A stretch of DNA of 64,000 bases from Laetmonice hystrix (Eukaryota), in the NCBI GenBank assembly GCA_965235115.1, contig OZ249436.1:35094001-35158000 (forward strand), written 5' to 3'. Position 1 is the stretch's first letter. The number at the start of each line of letters is the position of its first letter. Below, one piece after another: positions 40,601 to 55,556 of this stretch. Made by a program: the position numbers and the translations under genes. The notes under the pieces were generated by a model. The model saw nothing but the letters and a program-made list of their open reading frames with translations, did not search any database and was not told the origin of the DNA.

Positions 40601-43600
40601 AGATACATACTGCAGCGACAGGCAGCGTAATGTTTTGTTTATTGCAAGCATCTCTGTGATTGCATCCAGTCCAGACGGCCCCATCTTAGTTCCTGCTAGA
40701 CTGGAAAGGAATTGTGACGTCTTACAAGTTGCATTGTTTCTGCGCTACTACTTTTCAGACTTTCGGGAATGGGGTGAGCGTGTCACGCTTATTAGAATAC
40801 ACTCCGCCTTAATAATTAACCTTTCAAATACTGTATGTTTCGCATTGAAACGCGTCGAATAAGGAAATCAAAGAAATAACTAAGAAATTGAGGCCTAGTG
40901 GTTGTAGGGTCTTCGGTCTGGTACAGACCTGAGTACGTCACACCCCTTTCTTGACGTCAGGCATTCTGTCAGACGGTTCAGGGAAGCCTGATCAAGAGCT
41001 GTTCCTTGCAACCTGGAAGAGTAAAGAGACAATATATGTGTCAAGACAAAGCAGTGGTTGAAGTTTTTTTAACGGCCTAAAAGTGACAGGCTTTTAATTG
41101 GTTTCTGTGATTAGTAACAGGTTTTCAAAATTAATAAGGCCATCGATCGAAGAATCCCAAGAGCATCATCTCAGGGAGGTAAAATATAAATTACGTACTG
41201 TAGACTTTGAAAGGTTCTGTTCTTTGAAAGCATCTTTCTCACATTGTCGAGTTCAGCTGGTCCAGTGTTTGTGCCAGCAAGACTGTAAAAAGAAGGTCCA
41301 AGAGTTAAAAATGCGTTTCGTAAAACTTTTTTATTCTACTCTTTTGAGAACTCTAAGTATCGTTTACAGAGAAATGCTATACTGAACATTTTAAAGAGAA
41401 ACTTTAAACTTTACCTATTTGTTCTATTTTCGAGACAATGATCTCGAAGATAAAGACAAGTCAGCTAGAATCTGAGGGTAAATATATATGTAGTTGTAGC
41501 CTTTGACTCTCCCCCATACACTGTCGTGTTAACGCGAAGCTGTTAAGGGTGTCCACGTCTAATGTAGTTGTAGAAGAATAATAAAGAGACGTATCCAAAC
41601 CTTAAGTGTACTAGCATCTTGCTTGAAATCAGACCTTTAGCGAAATTCTCAAACGAAAGGTCATCAATCTGTGTATTTATAAAACTGAAAAAGGCAATAA
41701 ATATAATTATATTAGAAGCATCTCTCATTTCTCTCAATGAATTATTGTCTCATAGCACAGAAAATTTGGTTGGAGCGGCCAAGACGTAGGCTAGTATAGC
41801 ACCCTCAAATGTAAAAAAATTGCTAAATGTGAAAACGTACGCCAAATGTGAAAAAATCTTCCGCATGTGTAAAAACGGTACCTAGAAGTGTAAAAAAATC
41901 TTACTGCATTTGTGAAAAAACCTTTACGTCAAATGTAAAAAAAGACTCCCTCTTTCAGCAGCTGCTTGCCTTTTTACTTTGATCACCACAGATCTAGGCG
42001 ATTATACTTCCTCGATCTTATAGTCGGCCCGGAAGATATAAATGTAGGCCAAGGCTGCATATTACCAGATCTGTCTGGTAAAAATTTGGAATTCATCCAT
42101 ATCCACATTTAAAGCAAGCAATTTAGTGGGAGGATTTCAACTTAGCGATCACACCTCGCAGAAACGTACTCTTTTAGTTTCAGCGAAAACGACCTTCGCC
42201 GGAAGAATTCTAAGCGATCAGGCTTCTCTTAGGGGTCATTGCATACCAGACAGATTGCTAGTCTCAACTGTGTCCTGGGGGATGCCCGCCACATACCGCG
42301 CGACCTCTTTTTTTTACATTTGACGTAAAAGCTTTTCACATATGCAGTTACATATTTTTTCACACTAAGAGCATTTTTTAACATTTGACGGAAATTAGTT
42401 TTTACATATGCGGTAGATATTTTCACATTTGACGGACGTTTTTACATTTTGTCGTAAATATTTGTTACATATGACGGCGTTTTTACATTCAGCGCAATTT
42501 TGACATTTGAGGGCGCTACACATGTATGTCCATTTCTATGAGATTTCATGTACGAGTCCGTCGAAATATTATTATTCCTTATGTTTATAATGTAATGAAG
42601 AATACTATAGTTATTGGTTTTGGTGCATGAAAAAACAAATAAGCAAACAAAAGTACACGGAGGAAATCTGATGGTGTGAAATTGTCTAAAGCAGTATAAA
42701 AGGCCACACGTTCTGCCTTAGATGCTGATGCTAATTCTCAGGATATACTCAATGGGCCAATTTATCTTACTCCAATAACAGAATAACGTGCACGTGACAT
42801 GTAACAGAAGAGTAAGTAGGAAATAACTTGAGTAGAAACGATACATACTCTAACAGCTGTATGGTTTTGTTGAAATGTAATGCCCTTTTTAGGGATAACA
42901 ATCCTTTGTCTCCCACTCTCGTTTTGGCGAAACTGTTAACATATCCAAATCACAGCATAACGTAATATGCAGCAAGTTAATTATCCAGGGAAATGGGATG
43001 TCGTTCTTGTGTCCGTTCGTCTTCTCTATTTATACCATAATTGTAGGTGTCACGTGACCTTTACGACATCATATTTAACTTACACTGTAGTTACAGTTTT
43101 ACATGTAGGCTAAGGGGCCGATCAAACATTACGTAACGGTATTTTGGGCCAAATTTGACACCCCCTACCCCCTGTAACGCTCTGCAATGGTACTTCAGCA
43201 CTGTCCGTAACGTTTGGACATACACCACCCCCCACCCCACCCCCAAGCGTTACGTAATTTTTGAACGGCCCCTAATAACTATGGGATGATAAGCTCAGTC
43301 CCTTTAATATTTACAGGGTAGGCACTAAAAGGTGTACACATTCAAGGACAGCCCAGCGTTATGGAGGGTAACTTGAAAATATTCAGTATTTTGCTCTAAA
43401 GATCCACGTATAGGCCTACTCGTAACTTCAAAACGAGGCTCAGATTCTGACGAACTATAAACTCGTGTATCTAATTAAAATTAGATCTCAGTTATTTCGC
43501 ATGCGCTCACGCTCCACTAGGCTACCCCTCTGCCACACATAACGTAATTTGACAATCTAATTAAAATTAGGTATTCCGCGTCCCTCTCGGCTGTGCCAGT

Positions 43601-46600
43601 GCTGTCTGCGCTCCATACAGTGTTAGAACGGAAGTAGCCTACCTAGAATAGTAGGCCTATTTCGAATCATCCCGAAACCGACTTGCAACTAGCTGATTTC
43701 CTTCCGCAAATGTAGTTCCTTAATAGATTCATCAGGTATTTCTCTTGAACGGTAAATGCCACTTGGTATAATCTCGGTTTCGGGATTGAGAGGTACGTTA
43801 AATTTTACAGATACCATACAGGACAGCCGACTTTGTAAAAACGGGTTAAACGCGTAAGGGCCCGATTTTGCACGTAAAAAGTCATGTGTGGCAGAGGGGG
43901 TAGCCTAGTGGAGCGTGAGCGAGCCCCTCTGCATTATGGGAGATTGTCACAATTCATTTGTTCAACAATCCTTTTGTTGAATTGTTGCCATGACAAAAAC
44001 TGTGACGTGTCTACTTCGTAGACCTACGTCATACTTCGTTGTCATAGTTATGTCTAGCCGGCGTCACATAAAATAGTCCCCAATACAGCGCCTTTTTACG
44101 AAGTTAGAAACAATTAATGCAACCCCAATAAAGAATAGGGAAGACAGGGAGAAGTGAGCCAAAAATCAAATATTTTGTAAACAGGGACAAGAGTTTTTGC
44201 TAAATCAGATTAAAATCTTGTGGATGATATAGCTTACATACCGGTCTACATTATGTGTTTTAGGGCGCTCAGTATTACGTAACTTAATTTCTCCAGAGCA
44301 AAAAATGTCTGGCGGGAAAAAGTGGCTCACTTCGCCCGTGTGCAGGGAGAACTTGGCCACCCCAGAGGAGAAGTGGGCCATACTGTAAAAAAAAAGTAAG
44401 CAAAATATATTTTTACACAAAAGAAAACGTTTCAAATACTTTTATTAAACTTCCTCTGTCCACTTTGAAATAGGACATAGCCTAGCGTTTACAAGATTGT
44501 GTATTTTAACTTCTAACAGTAACTATAATATTGTAACTGTAACCTGTAACCTTACGATAGGGTACTTTAACCTATACTTTAACGTAATTGTATCTTAAGA
44601 CTATTAAGTTGTGTTGAACATTGGTATGACCAAAGGAATACCAATTGCATGTCAATGATATCGGTTTGCCACTGGCCCACTTTTCCCTCGTTAAGGTGGC
44701 TCACTTCTCCCAATATGCCCTCTTCCACAATCATGTAGGAAATGTTTTCGTAGATTAGATCCTGCCTTACACAATTTGCACAAACATTACTACTTAAACT
44801 GGGTGAATTTCTGAAGCTGTTTGTTTCTCTGGAATCTCGGACATCATAAGAGAAAGAAAGAGTCAAACTCGCGTGAAAAATTTTACTTACATGTGGTCCA
44901 AACACTACTTTATCTGCTCTCTCTCACCCGTGCTGTTAAACGTTTTATAGACTCGACGTAACATTTGAGAGTTCCTTGACGCATCACGTGACTGTTGACG
45001 AGCGAATCAGCTTGTAGAGGTCTATATTAGAGCTATGAGTGATGGCTCACTTCTCCCACCGGCCCACTTATCCCCCCTACCGGACTCTCTTTATATTACC
45101 AATAATTAATTTTTAAAATAGGTATAATAAATACAGGAACAAACTCGTGTGTGATAACGCAAAACGGGATTCTGTATCAGACTCGACGGCAAGCGCGGTC
45201 ACATGAGCACGCGTTCTTCGCACTCGTGCTGATATTACTCCGCGCTTGCCGCCTCGTCTGATACAGAATACTGCAGGCCTATTACACACTCAGTCGTTCC
45301 TGCGTATTAACTCCAGGAACTCCCCATCTAGTAAAACAATTAGCCTACGTACAGAGCCCTGTGTCATACCCTGTCACGTAGGCCTACCTACCATAGCAGC
45401 TGTGTGAAGAATTGCTTTTGCCAAGGAGCCAAGTTGGCCTCAATGTCTCCAAAAGAAAGGCTGCCAACATTAAATCATGATTAAATATACAAATGGAATG
45501 TTATAGTACGATTGATTATAAATAAACTATTTTCTTTTTAAATGAACATCCTAGCTTGGTCTGTTGTCTTTTTTTGTCAGATCTGCGTCGCAACAGAAAT
45601 ATGATTTAGTGAAACGTGAAACAGAAATTTTTCACCGCGATAATTACAATGGTAGGCCCTAGGCTATTATTTTAAACACCTGTACATATTAGAGGTTATG
45701 GAAGAGTTTGTATTTTTGGAAAGTCAGGCATTCCGTGACTTGCCTGTTACCCATGTCTACGCCTATTTATTTTATACATCAGACATTTGGACAAGGTGTG
45801 GGTATTTTCACCCGCTGTGTATGAAATATTATTTCTGGCAACTGACCTGAAAAGGGAGTTAATGAGGTCTTCTCAGTGTAATAATACTGACACCCACCTT
45901 TTAATGCTTACGGACTGCCTGATGTCAAAGCGCTCCACAGTCCTCGGACTGATATTGTTGTTCACAAGCCTACCCAAAAATAACTTAACATTTTTTTTCC
46001 ATCTAGGTCCAATTCGAGTAAACGGTGAACCCCTAGTTACATATTTTGTGTTTTGGCGGGATAAACTATGTTTACAATCATGTCGGGGGGGGGGGGGGTC
46101 CTCAGACGGGTGTTGGTGAGCGGGTTGACCCGGACACAGTTACGTGTACTGTAGGCCTACGTATGTAGGTTGTGATGGAAGGGGTCTGGGCCTCTAGACC
46201 TAGATATGACAAAATGATATTTTAGGATTTCGTTTTTTTTTTAAATTTAAATATGCTTATAACCCCAAATCTGATAGGCAACTCACCCAAGACTTTTCAG
46301 TGACTTGTTAGCCTTCAGCGCATCCAGAAGTGCCTCTCCTCCTCCATCCGCAATCATGTTGAAATCAAGACTGCAACCATGAATATGATTTACAACAACA
46401 TTGTTGAGAATCTAAGATACCCGGTAGTCATGATTTTACTGGGATAAAGAAAACAACGTTGAAAACCCAGAGAAGATCACTTCACCAAAACATTTTTAAA
46501 GGTACATACTCGAGGTGTTCCAGTGTCGTGTTGTTCGGGAGTGCGACACTGATGATCTTTGCCCCCTCATCCCCGAACTTGTTCCCATGAAGACTGATTT

Positions 46601-49600
46601 AAAAACAAATTATGTCTATAGCTATTTGTCAAGGTTAGTCTTCAATAGCAACATGAGTAGAGCAGTAGGGGCCTATCATAAATCGGTGTATGAAGCGTAA
46701 CGCTTCACAAGATTATTTTCACCACTTCGTTATGACTCGTTTCATATAACGGCATACGCAATAGTTCTCGACGCAAAATATACTGGGATCCATGATGGCA
46801 TGAAAGGCAACTTGACAACATACTTAAGATTTTTAAGAGTCTTGTTTTCTCGAAGAAAATCCGCTATTGGACGAGCACTTGAATGGTTTAGACTACAGTA
46901 CTCCAATCTGAAGAAAAAAATCCGTAATACTAAAACGACCACCTAGGTACAGTATGAAGTGCAACTAGAATATTATATATATGGCACTTGATTGAGTGCA
47001 ATATGCAAATTTATGGCACGATGGCAACTGATATTGAACGACGCGAAGCGGAGTGCATTATCAGTTTTCAGAGTGCTTTCTGATTGGTGCACCCCTGCAA
47101 TATGTCCCGTGATCCGAGCGTACTGATCTGAGTGCTCCAATTACGTAGTTTTAACAATGGCATAATGCTTTTATTAGAAGAGTCTTGATGACCTTCCTAG
47201 GACGGATTTCCCATTTTGTTATTTCCTCGTAAGCAAACAAGGGGTAACTGAAATAACACTTGAGTAAACTGGAGCTATTGAAAACAGTTACCCTAAGTCC
47301 GTGAGGTAAGAGTGGTTGTTTGCGATGGAAAGAGCAGCCATACAATCTACCGCAGTCATTGGTAGGAAACGGATAAATAATGTCCTTCTTTCTCCCATCA
47401 GTTCCTTGACCACAGTCTGTGTTATCACCTGACTCTGGGACTCATGTGCAATCAACATCATTCTGACGTATTGACCGCCTACACCGGATTTCAATGTCTA
47501 TACAATAGATAAACATAAAGCAGAATAATAAAAACATAGCTTCCCTAACCCTGGTCGGAAATACAAATAAGAGATATAGTTGGTGAAGCCTAAATATAAA
47601 AAGCTAATTCCGCTTTAACCTGCAAATAGTTTGAACAAAACAGAATGTGTGAATATCAAATGGAAACTAGACATCATGATTGCAAGCAATACACTAATCC
47701 CATTTCCTCCGGACGTCATGAGGAAAACGCCAGGTGCCATTCGTATGCTATCAAGTACCTAAGTGGCCCATAGCCTTACCACTCTGCCATCTTGGTTTTA
47801 CTGTCAGTCCTGGAACCTTTGTCCCAAATCTCAGAAAGGGTAATTGACAGAGGTCAAGTTATGGGAAAATTATCTCTGAAAACCATGTATGTCAAAATAT
47901 TTCATAACTATGATTTTGACAAGGCCTCATATCCTGCCTGGTGGTGTTTTGGTATTCAGAGTCTGAAATATGAGGAAAAAAAAATTCCGTATTTGGTGGG
48001 ATTCGAACCCATGATCTCCGGCTTTTAGGTCGGGCATGCTACCAACTCAGCTATTGAGACTCATGCTTGTAGAGGTACCTAGGTCCTATTTAAAAAATAG
48101 GTGGATGACGTCATGACACAAAAGAGTGACGTCACAGAAAAAAGTTTGCATAAATCTAGCTCAGCATCCCATCCTCTTTAAGCCTATTAAGTTTCGTTAA
48201 GATCTGTTAAAAACTGCCAGAGATATGACCGATTTCTGGTAAACTTTATCTTTGAGAACCATGTATGTCAAAACATTTCATAACTATGACTGTGACAAGG
48301 CCTCATATCCTGCCTGGTGGTGTTTTGGTTTTCAGAGTGTGAAAAATGAGAAAAAAGTTTTTGTACTTTGTGGGATTCGAACCGATGATCTCCAGCCTTT
48401 AGGTCGGGCATGTTACCCACTCAGCTATTGAGACTCACGGGTATAGAGGTACCTGGGTCCTATTTGAAATAGGTGGATGACTTTATGACACAAAAGAGTG
48501 ACGTCACAGAAAAAAGTTTGCATAAATCTAGCTCAGCATCCCATCCTCTGTAAGCCTACCAAGTTTCATTAAGATCTGTTAAAAACTGCCAGAGATATGA
48601 CCGATTTCTGGTAAACTGACCAAAGAATCAAACTTTGATGTCACGTGATTCAGTGAAAAAAGGTCCGATCGCTAAACAACGGCCCCACAATTTTAAGCTA
48701 TCCACTAGGAACACCCAGAAGTGGTTTGGTCAAGATTTTCAAAAAAATGAGAGAGTAGTAAGGATTTAACCATATTGTGACCTTTGACCCGAATCTCAGA
48801 AAGGGTAATGATCCAAGGTCAAGTTATGGAACAAGTATCTTAGAGAACCATCCACGAAGAGGATCTATAACCAATATTTCCCCAAGTAACAGTAGTTTTG
48901 TGTTGGGAGTTGATAAATTGATGCTCCATGTGACGTGTTTGAGACGTCATAAAACCAAGACATGACGTCGCATGAAGTCCTGCTTCATATGCACAGATCT
49001 TCATCCCATGATGAACCCTCCCTGCAAGTTTCAACCTGCTATCTTAAAAAGTGACCGAGATATACACTTTGTCTTACAACAGGAATAATAATAATAATAA
49101 TAACTAGACATCATGATTGCAAGCAATACACTAATCCCATTTCCTCCGGACGTCATGAGGAAAACGCCAGGTGCCATTCGTATGCTATCAAGTAACTAAA
49201 GTGGCCCATAGCCTTACCACTCTGCCATCTTGGTTTTACTGTCAGTCCTGGAACCTTTGTCCCAAATCTCAGAAAGGGTAATTGACAGAGGTCAAGTTAT
49301 GGGAAAATTATCTCTGAAAACCATGTATGTCAAAATATTTCATAACTATGATTTTGACAAGGCCTCATATCCTGCCTGGTGGTGTTTTGGTATTCAGAGT
49401 CTGAAAAATGAGAAAAAAAAATTCCGTATTTGGTGGGATTCGAACCCATGATCTCCGGCCTTTTGGTCGGGCATGCTACCAACTCAGCTATTGAGACTCA
49501 CGCTTGTAGAGGTACCTAGGTCCTATTTGAAATAGGTGGATGACGTCATGACACAAAAGAGTGACGTCACAGAAAAAAGTTTGCATAAATCTAGCTCAGC

Positions 49601-50517
49601 ATCCCATCCTCTTTAAGCCTATTAAGTTTCGTTAAGATCTGTTAAAAACGGCCAGAGATATGACCGATTTCTGGTAAACTTTATATTTGAGAACCATGTA
49701 TGTCAAAACATTTCATAACTATGACTGTGACAAGGCCTCATATCCTGCCTGGTGGTGTTTTGGTTTTCAGAGTGTGAAAAATGAGAAAAAAGTTTTTGTA
49801 CTTGGTGGGATTCGAACCAATGATCTCCAGCCTTTAGGTCGGGCATGCTACCCACTCAGCTATTGAGACTCACAGGGAAAGAGGTACCTGGGTCCTATTT
49901 GAAATAGGTGGATGACTTTATGACACAAAAGAGTGACGTCACAGAAAAAAGTTTGCATAAATCTAGCTCAGCTTCCCATCCTCTTTAAGCCTACCAAGTT
50001 TCATTAAGATCTGTTAAAAACTGCCAGAGATATGACCGATTTCTGGTAAACTGACCAAAGAATCAAACTTTGATGTCACGTGATTCAGTGAAAAAAGGTC
50101 CGATCGCTAAACAACGGCCCCACAATTTTAAGCTATCCACTAGGAACATCCAGAAGTGGTTTGGTCAAGATTTTCAAAAAAATGAGAGAGTAGTAAGGAT
50201 TTAACCATATTATGACCTTTGACCCGAATCTCAGAAAGGGTAATGATCCAAGGTCAAGTTATGGAACAAGTATCTTAGAGAACCATCCACGAAGAGGATC
50301 TATAACCAATATTTCCCCAAGTAACAGTAGTTTTGTGTTGGGAGTTGATAAATTGATGCTCCATGTGACGTGTTTGAGACGTCATAAAACCAAGACATGA
50401 CGTCGCATGCAGTCCTGCTTCATATGCACAGATCTTCATCCCATGATGAACCCTCCCTGCAAGTTTCAACCTGCTATCTTAAAAAGTGACCGAGATATAC
50501 ACTTTGTCTTACAACAG

Positions 50518-50552
<35 letters not shown>

Positions 50553-53500
50553 GTGTAGACGAAACCATACAAAATCAAAATCCCATTTCCCCGTCAGGGA
50601 AATGGGATAACTAGCGCCGATGTGGCTAGGGCCAACATCTTGTATCCCATCCCCTGGCAATAAAAATCATAGATCCATTATCATGTTAGACTACCTCAAT
50701 ATCATCGATAGGCCCGTAGATCGAAAGAGCATATATTATTACTTCCAATATGATCTCAACAATTAATATTGGTCACCTATCAATGACGTCATTGTCACGT
50801 AATATGTCACCCTACATCATAGATTTTGGTATCTTTTGAAAGAACCTGTTCCTATTATGGCTTCAATAGTAACCATAGCTCTACCTGGCCCCCTTTCAGA
50901 ATTATAGCTGTTTCAATAATATTGGTGATCTATCAACATCGATTTTCAGTTTCATTTCGATTTCGGAGACCCCTCTGCCGAAAATTCTGGGCCCATGGCT
51001 GTATTTTGAGTTAGCCTAACAATAAGTTTTGTCAATTCTTCAAAAAGAAAGAGTGGGGATATATAGAGGAATGCGCCCATACCCTTTGGTGCTAGCGCAA
51101 GACTACCGCCCAGCAATCAATTTTTTCTTTCATATATAGCTATAGCTATATATATAGCTATATTTCGTATAGCTATACATGTATTCAGTTCACATTTGTT
51201 TTTGGTAGTTGGGAAAATAAGTCAGTAGAGTCGTTTCTTGAGTTTTGAAACAACAATTCCTGAGTCCTCTTTTTTTCTTAATTTACATAAATGATCTTGC
51301 CAAAGTATCAAAAATCATGAATCCAATTCTATTTGCAGATGACAGTGATTTCTCCTACACTTAGAAATAACATTAATCCAACATCTATTATTAATAATGA
51401 GTTAGACAAGATTGTTACTTGGTTATAGAAAAAACGAATTATATTATCTTTCCATGTCATCTCAGTAAAGTATCTCACTAGAGCTTAGCACTAAAAATAA
51501 ATGGCCAACCAATCGAAGAGGTAACGCAAACTGAATTCTTAGGGTATATAATCGAATCTAACTTGACATGGCAATCCCATATAAAATATATCTGCAACAA
51601 AGTCTTAAAATCAATTGGAATAATTCATAAGTCTCGATCAACCCTTGACCAATATATTCTTATAAGGTTATATTACTCTTTTCTTTACCCATACTTTCAT
51701 ACGGGTATTACGGTCTGGGGTAGGGCAAATAAAACCCTTCTTTCCAAATTATTTGTTCTTCAAAAGAAAGCCATCAGACTAGTCTTTAATAAACCACAAA
51801 GAACTCATTCATTACCACTATATAAGGAGGCTAAAATACTTCCACTTGAACAAATTTACCACCTTTCAGTTACCGGTTATTTGTTTAAAATACATCATAA
51901 TTTAGCTCCTGGCGTCTTATGTAATCTTTTTGATTAATAAAAGATATCAATTAAATACCAGAAACACTCGGCAGTCTGATCACTACATTTTACCGGCAAT
52001 AGGAGGACAAATTCTCGAACGATCTCTCTTTTTCCAAGGTCCGAAAATATTCTTATGAAAGAGGGTAACATTGACCTTAGTATTTCGATCCATTGTTTCA
52101 AACGGAAAACAAAACAATACTTGTTTGTTAAACTTGAAGCCAGTTAATTCATTCTCATCTCCTTTCCTCATCATCATCACCCCTGTTTTATTTATAATTT
52201 TCTACATACATATTCTATCTTTCCCTAGCAATGCACATCACTTATAATACACCATTGTGATAGTTTTGTATCTATCTATATAGCAATGTATTGCCGCTTG
52301 TGTACCCTGTCATTTATACCCTATAGATGTGTCATTTAATTACTTATTAATGTATCTCTGCTTGTGTCACCATTTAAGTTATATATTATGTTGTAATTTA
52401 ATAAGGATGTACATAAGTTCATTTTAGAACTTCCTCATCCCTTAATGTATCTCAAACAAGCCTGCTCCTGAAATAACCAAACTCGAACTCAAACTCAAAC
52501 TCAACACACGTCTTCTTTGACCCATCTAATATATATGCGCCACGCGGTCAGTGTCTATATGTTCCTCATCGTGAACTATAGTATCCTTTCTCTCCTCCTT
52601 CTTCCCTAGACTCTCTATTGGTGCCCCTATATATCCATTCATTCACGGTGTTCCCCGTCCCAGTCCATTGTAACTTTGTGTATTCTGAATACACAATCAC
52701 ATTCCTCCAACCCCAGCCTGACTGGGAGGGAGGAGGGAGTAGTCAACCGACCGGCCGGGAGGCCGGCCCTTATCACCAGCACTTACGTAACCCACACAGC
52801 GGGCGTTCTGTATATTGAGAGATGCCAACCGTCAGTGTAAAAATATTTTGTTATCCATTAAAACTTGCATTTCTGGCCAGATTACCTTTCCAAAAAAAGA
52901 ACTAAAGAACCAGTGGTATACCTGAATCTATAGACTTTGTAATTGTTGTATTTGCATGTGGCTATCTTAAACACGTTTCAGGTAGAGCCTGTCAAAGTCA
53001 GATTACAGATATTTCATCATAAATTAAAAATTATTGGTAAATTTATGAAAAGAATTATGCAAAGTGATCAATCGTCAATACCAGCACATATCTAATGATC
53101 AAATACACGATTTCTAAATGACTGAAGCAGTTTTCGAAAAAAATGTAAAAAGTGTCAAACTTCAAAGTCACGTGGTTCAGCGAAAATAAGTCAAATGTCA
53201 TACTCCATGCGGTTTCAAACAAAGCTCACTACAAAAGGCCTGTCCACCAAAAATTGTCATATTTTCTCAAAAAATGGCAGAGGAGTAGGGATTTGACCAC
53301 TTTCGGACATATGACCTACTTTTCCATGACCTCAAAGGTCAAAGGTCAAAATAATGGAGAGTAGTAAAAAGAGTATATGTCCGATTATTCAGCTATGAAA
53401 AGTCTTGGGAAAGTATAGAATATGGCTTCAAGAAATGCCTATAAGTCTAAAATACAATTTACGTCATGACGTCATGATGTGACGTCATATGACGTAATGG

Positions 53501-55505
53501 TTATATGGATCGATTCTCCCTACTATGGTGAATGTCCCTGCCAAGTTTCATTTGGATATCTTTATTAATTACTGAGCTGCATGCACAAAATCAACTACTA
53601 CAACTACTACTACGGGAATAATAACTAGATAGGATGTGGCGATAGCCACATTATGAATCCCATCCCCCTGGGGCGTTCCCGTCCGACCCATTGTATTCTA
53701 TTCGTTTTCAACATGAAACATTGCTCCATCTTGTACCTTTCACAAGAAATTCCAATGCCATCATTATCATAGGCATCGGAAGATAATTTTCCAGGGGGGG
53801 GGGGGCAAAGATACAGGGTTCAGCACCGTTTAGCATGTGCAGGCCTGTGGAAATTTTGAGAATATGTCAATGACGTCAATATGACGTCATACGATATGCT
53901 ATATAATAAATATTAAAAGAGCATATCTTTCCATCGTGTTTAAGAGTGACTATGGGCCTTTCTGGCACCGTTTAGCAGTTACACTTACAGGACAAAGTAA
54001 ATCATTAAGCGACACAGCAGGATTATACTAAAATATGAACATACTTATACCTTTATAAGGTGATTTTACGTTACTATGCGAGTATTATGCATTTTATCTT
54101 TTATTTTTGTGATTAGGCTCTGAGCCAAACAGAGCAGTGCTTTATACAGTCTGCAATTTGGTGGCTCCATCTGTAGGTGCTGCGATCCCGGCCTTGTAGA
54201 ACCAATGGGCGAGCGCTAAGGGATAGGACATGCCTCAGCAAATATTGAGATTTGAATGCTTTGGCCCATTTTGGAGCAAAAGAAAGGTATTAAATTGCAT
54301 GTAAAACGGGATGATTTTCAAGATAGGCCCTAAAGAGAATTTCCTTTCAGATGGTGTAGTCAGCTATTTACAGAATGTACAACAGTTCATATAGGCTGAA
54401 AGTTTGAAAAATAAACACCACTTTTTCGGCACCCATGTTCACAAAGTATATGCGGCCACCAGGGGGCGGCAGGTAAGCGTGGGAACACGTGTCCTCAGCC
54501 CTTCGCCTGCCGAGCAGCGCCATGAACTTCTGCAGAATTATGCTTTTTAATATAGTTTTCGAAGGCGCCTCTTTGCCAGTAGCAGGGATATGGTGGCCAA
54601 ATGGTTAAATCTACGATAAACCAGGGAACCGTGCTTTTGAACGGTGTATATCCTTTATTTATACAACCCTACTTAACATGCGGTATGAAAGAAAGAATAT
54701 ACCACGGTTATCATGTCGCTATAATTACCTTCACCACCACCCCCCCCCCCCCCCCCATCCCAACGCAAAATCCTGGATCATCCGCCAGTCTTTTATGGGG
54801 ATATTTAATGAAACTTAACGCAGTGCAGTGGGCAGTGTCCAGGTGTGTGTATGTGAGTAGAAAGTAAATCTTGTGGGTTTTGGGCCAAAATCGGGTTCGT
54901 CTGTTCTGAGAACTGTTGGTCAGGGAATCATACCTATACCTAGATGAAGGGTTTGCAGCAGTAGCGGTGGCGACCTTCCCTCCCGCCAGGACGTCCCTTC
55001 CACCGCCAGTCCCCCTCCCCAGCCCGCTGACTTCAGTCCGATTAAGGAGAAGGGCGTCTGTCACCCCCGATCCCCATATACCAAGTACTAACTAACTGCT
55101 GTTCCAAATAATGTGGCCATAATAATGTGGGTCTTATTCAATGTGTTACTGATATCTCAGTCACCCTAACCCCCATGTACCCAAGCACTAATTAGGCCTA
55201 CTCTGGTACTTCTCCAAATAATGTGGTCTTAATAATGTGGGTCTTATTTAATGTCTTACTGATGAAGATGTGGTGAAAAAAGGGGAGCTTTTTCAAGTAG
55301 AAAATGTGGCAAGGCTAGCCATATACATTCAATATTGAAAACAAGAAAGAGTCACCCCATGCAAGTATATATTTACCCCTGTAATCGGCACTGATAAATC
55401 GTTACGTCAACATGGGGGGGGGGGGGGCGCCACCCGACATGTGAAGTAGATCTGTGTCCATGTGTGCTTGGTGTGGTGTGCCTTTCAGAGTGAGAGAGAA
55501 AGATC

Positions 55506-55556
<51 letters not shown>

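Noticed and set aside
47995..48060. Functional tRNA genes
   Set aside because: A and B boxes are present but the acceptor stem is poor and the copies lie within a repeat's internal duplications.
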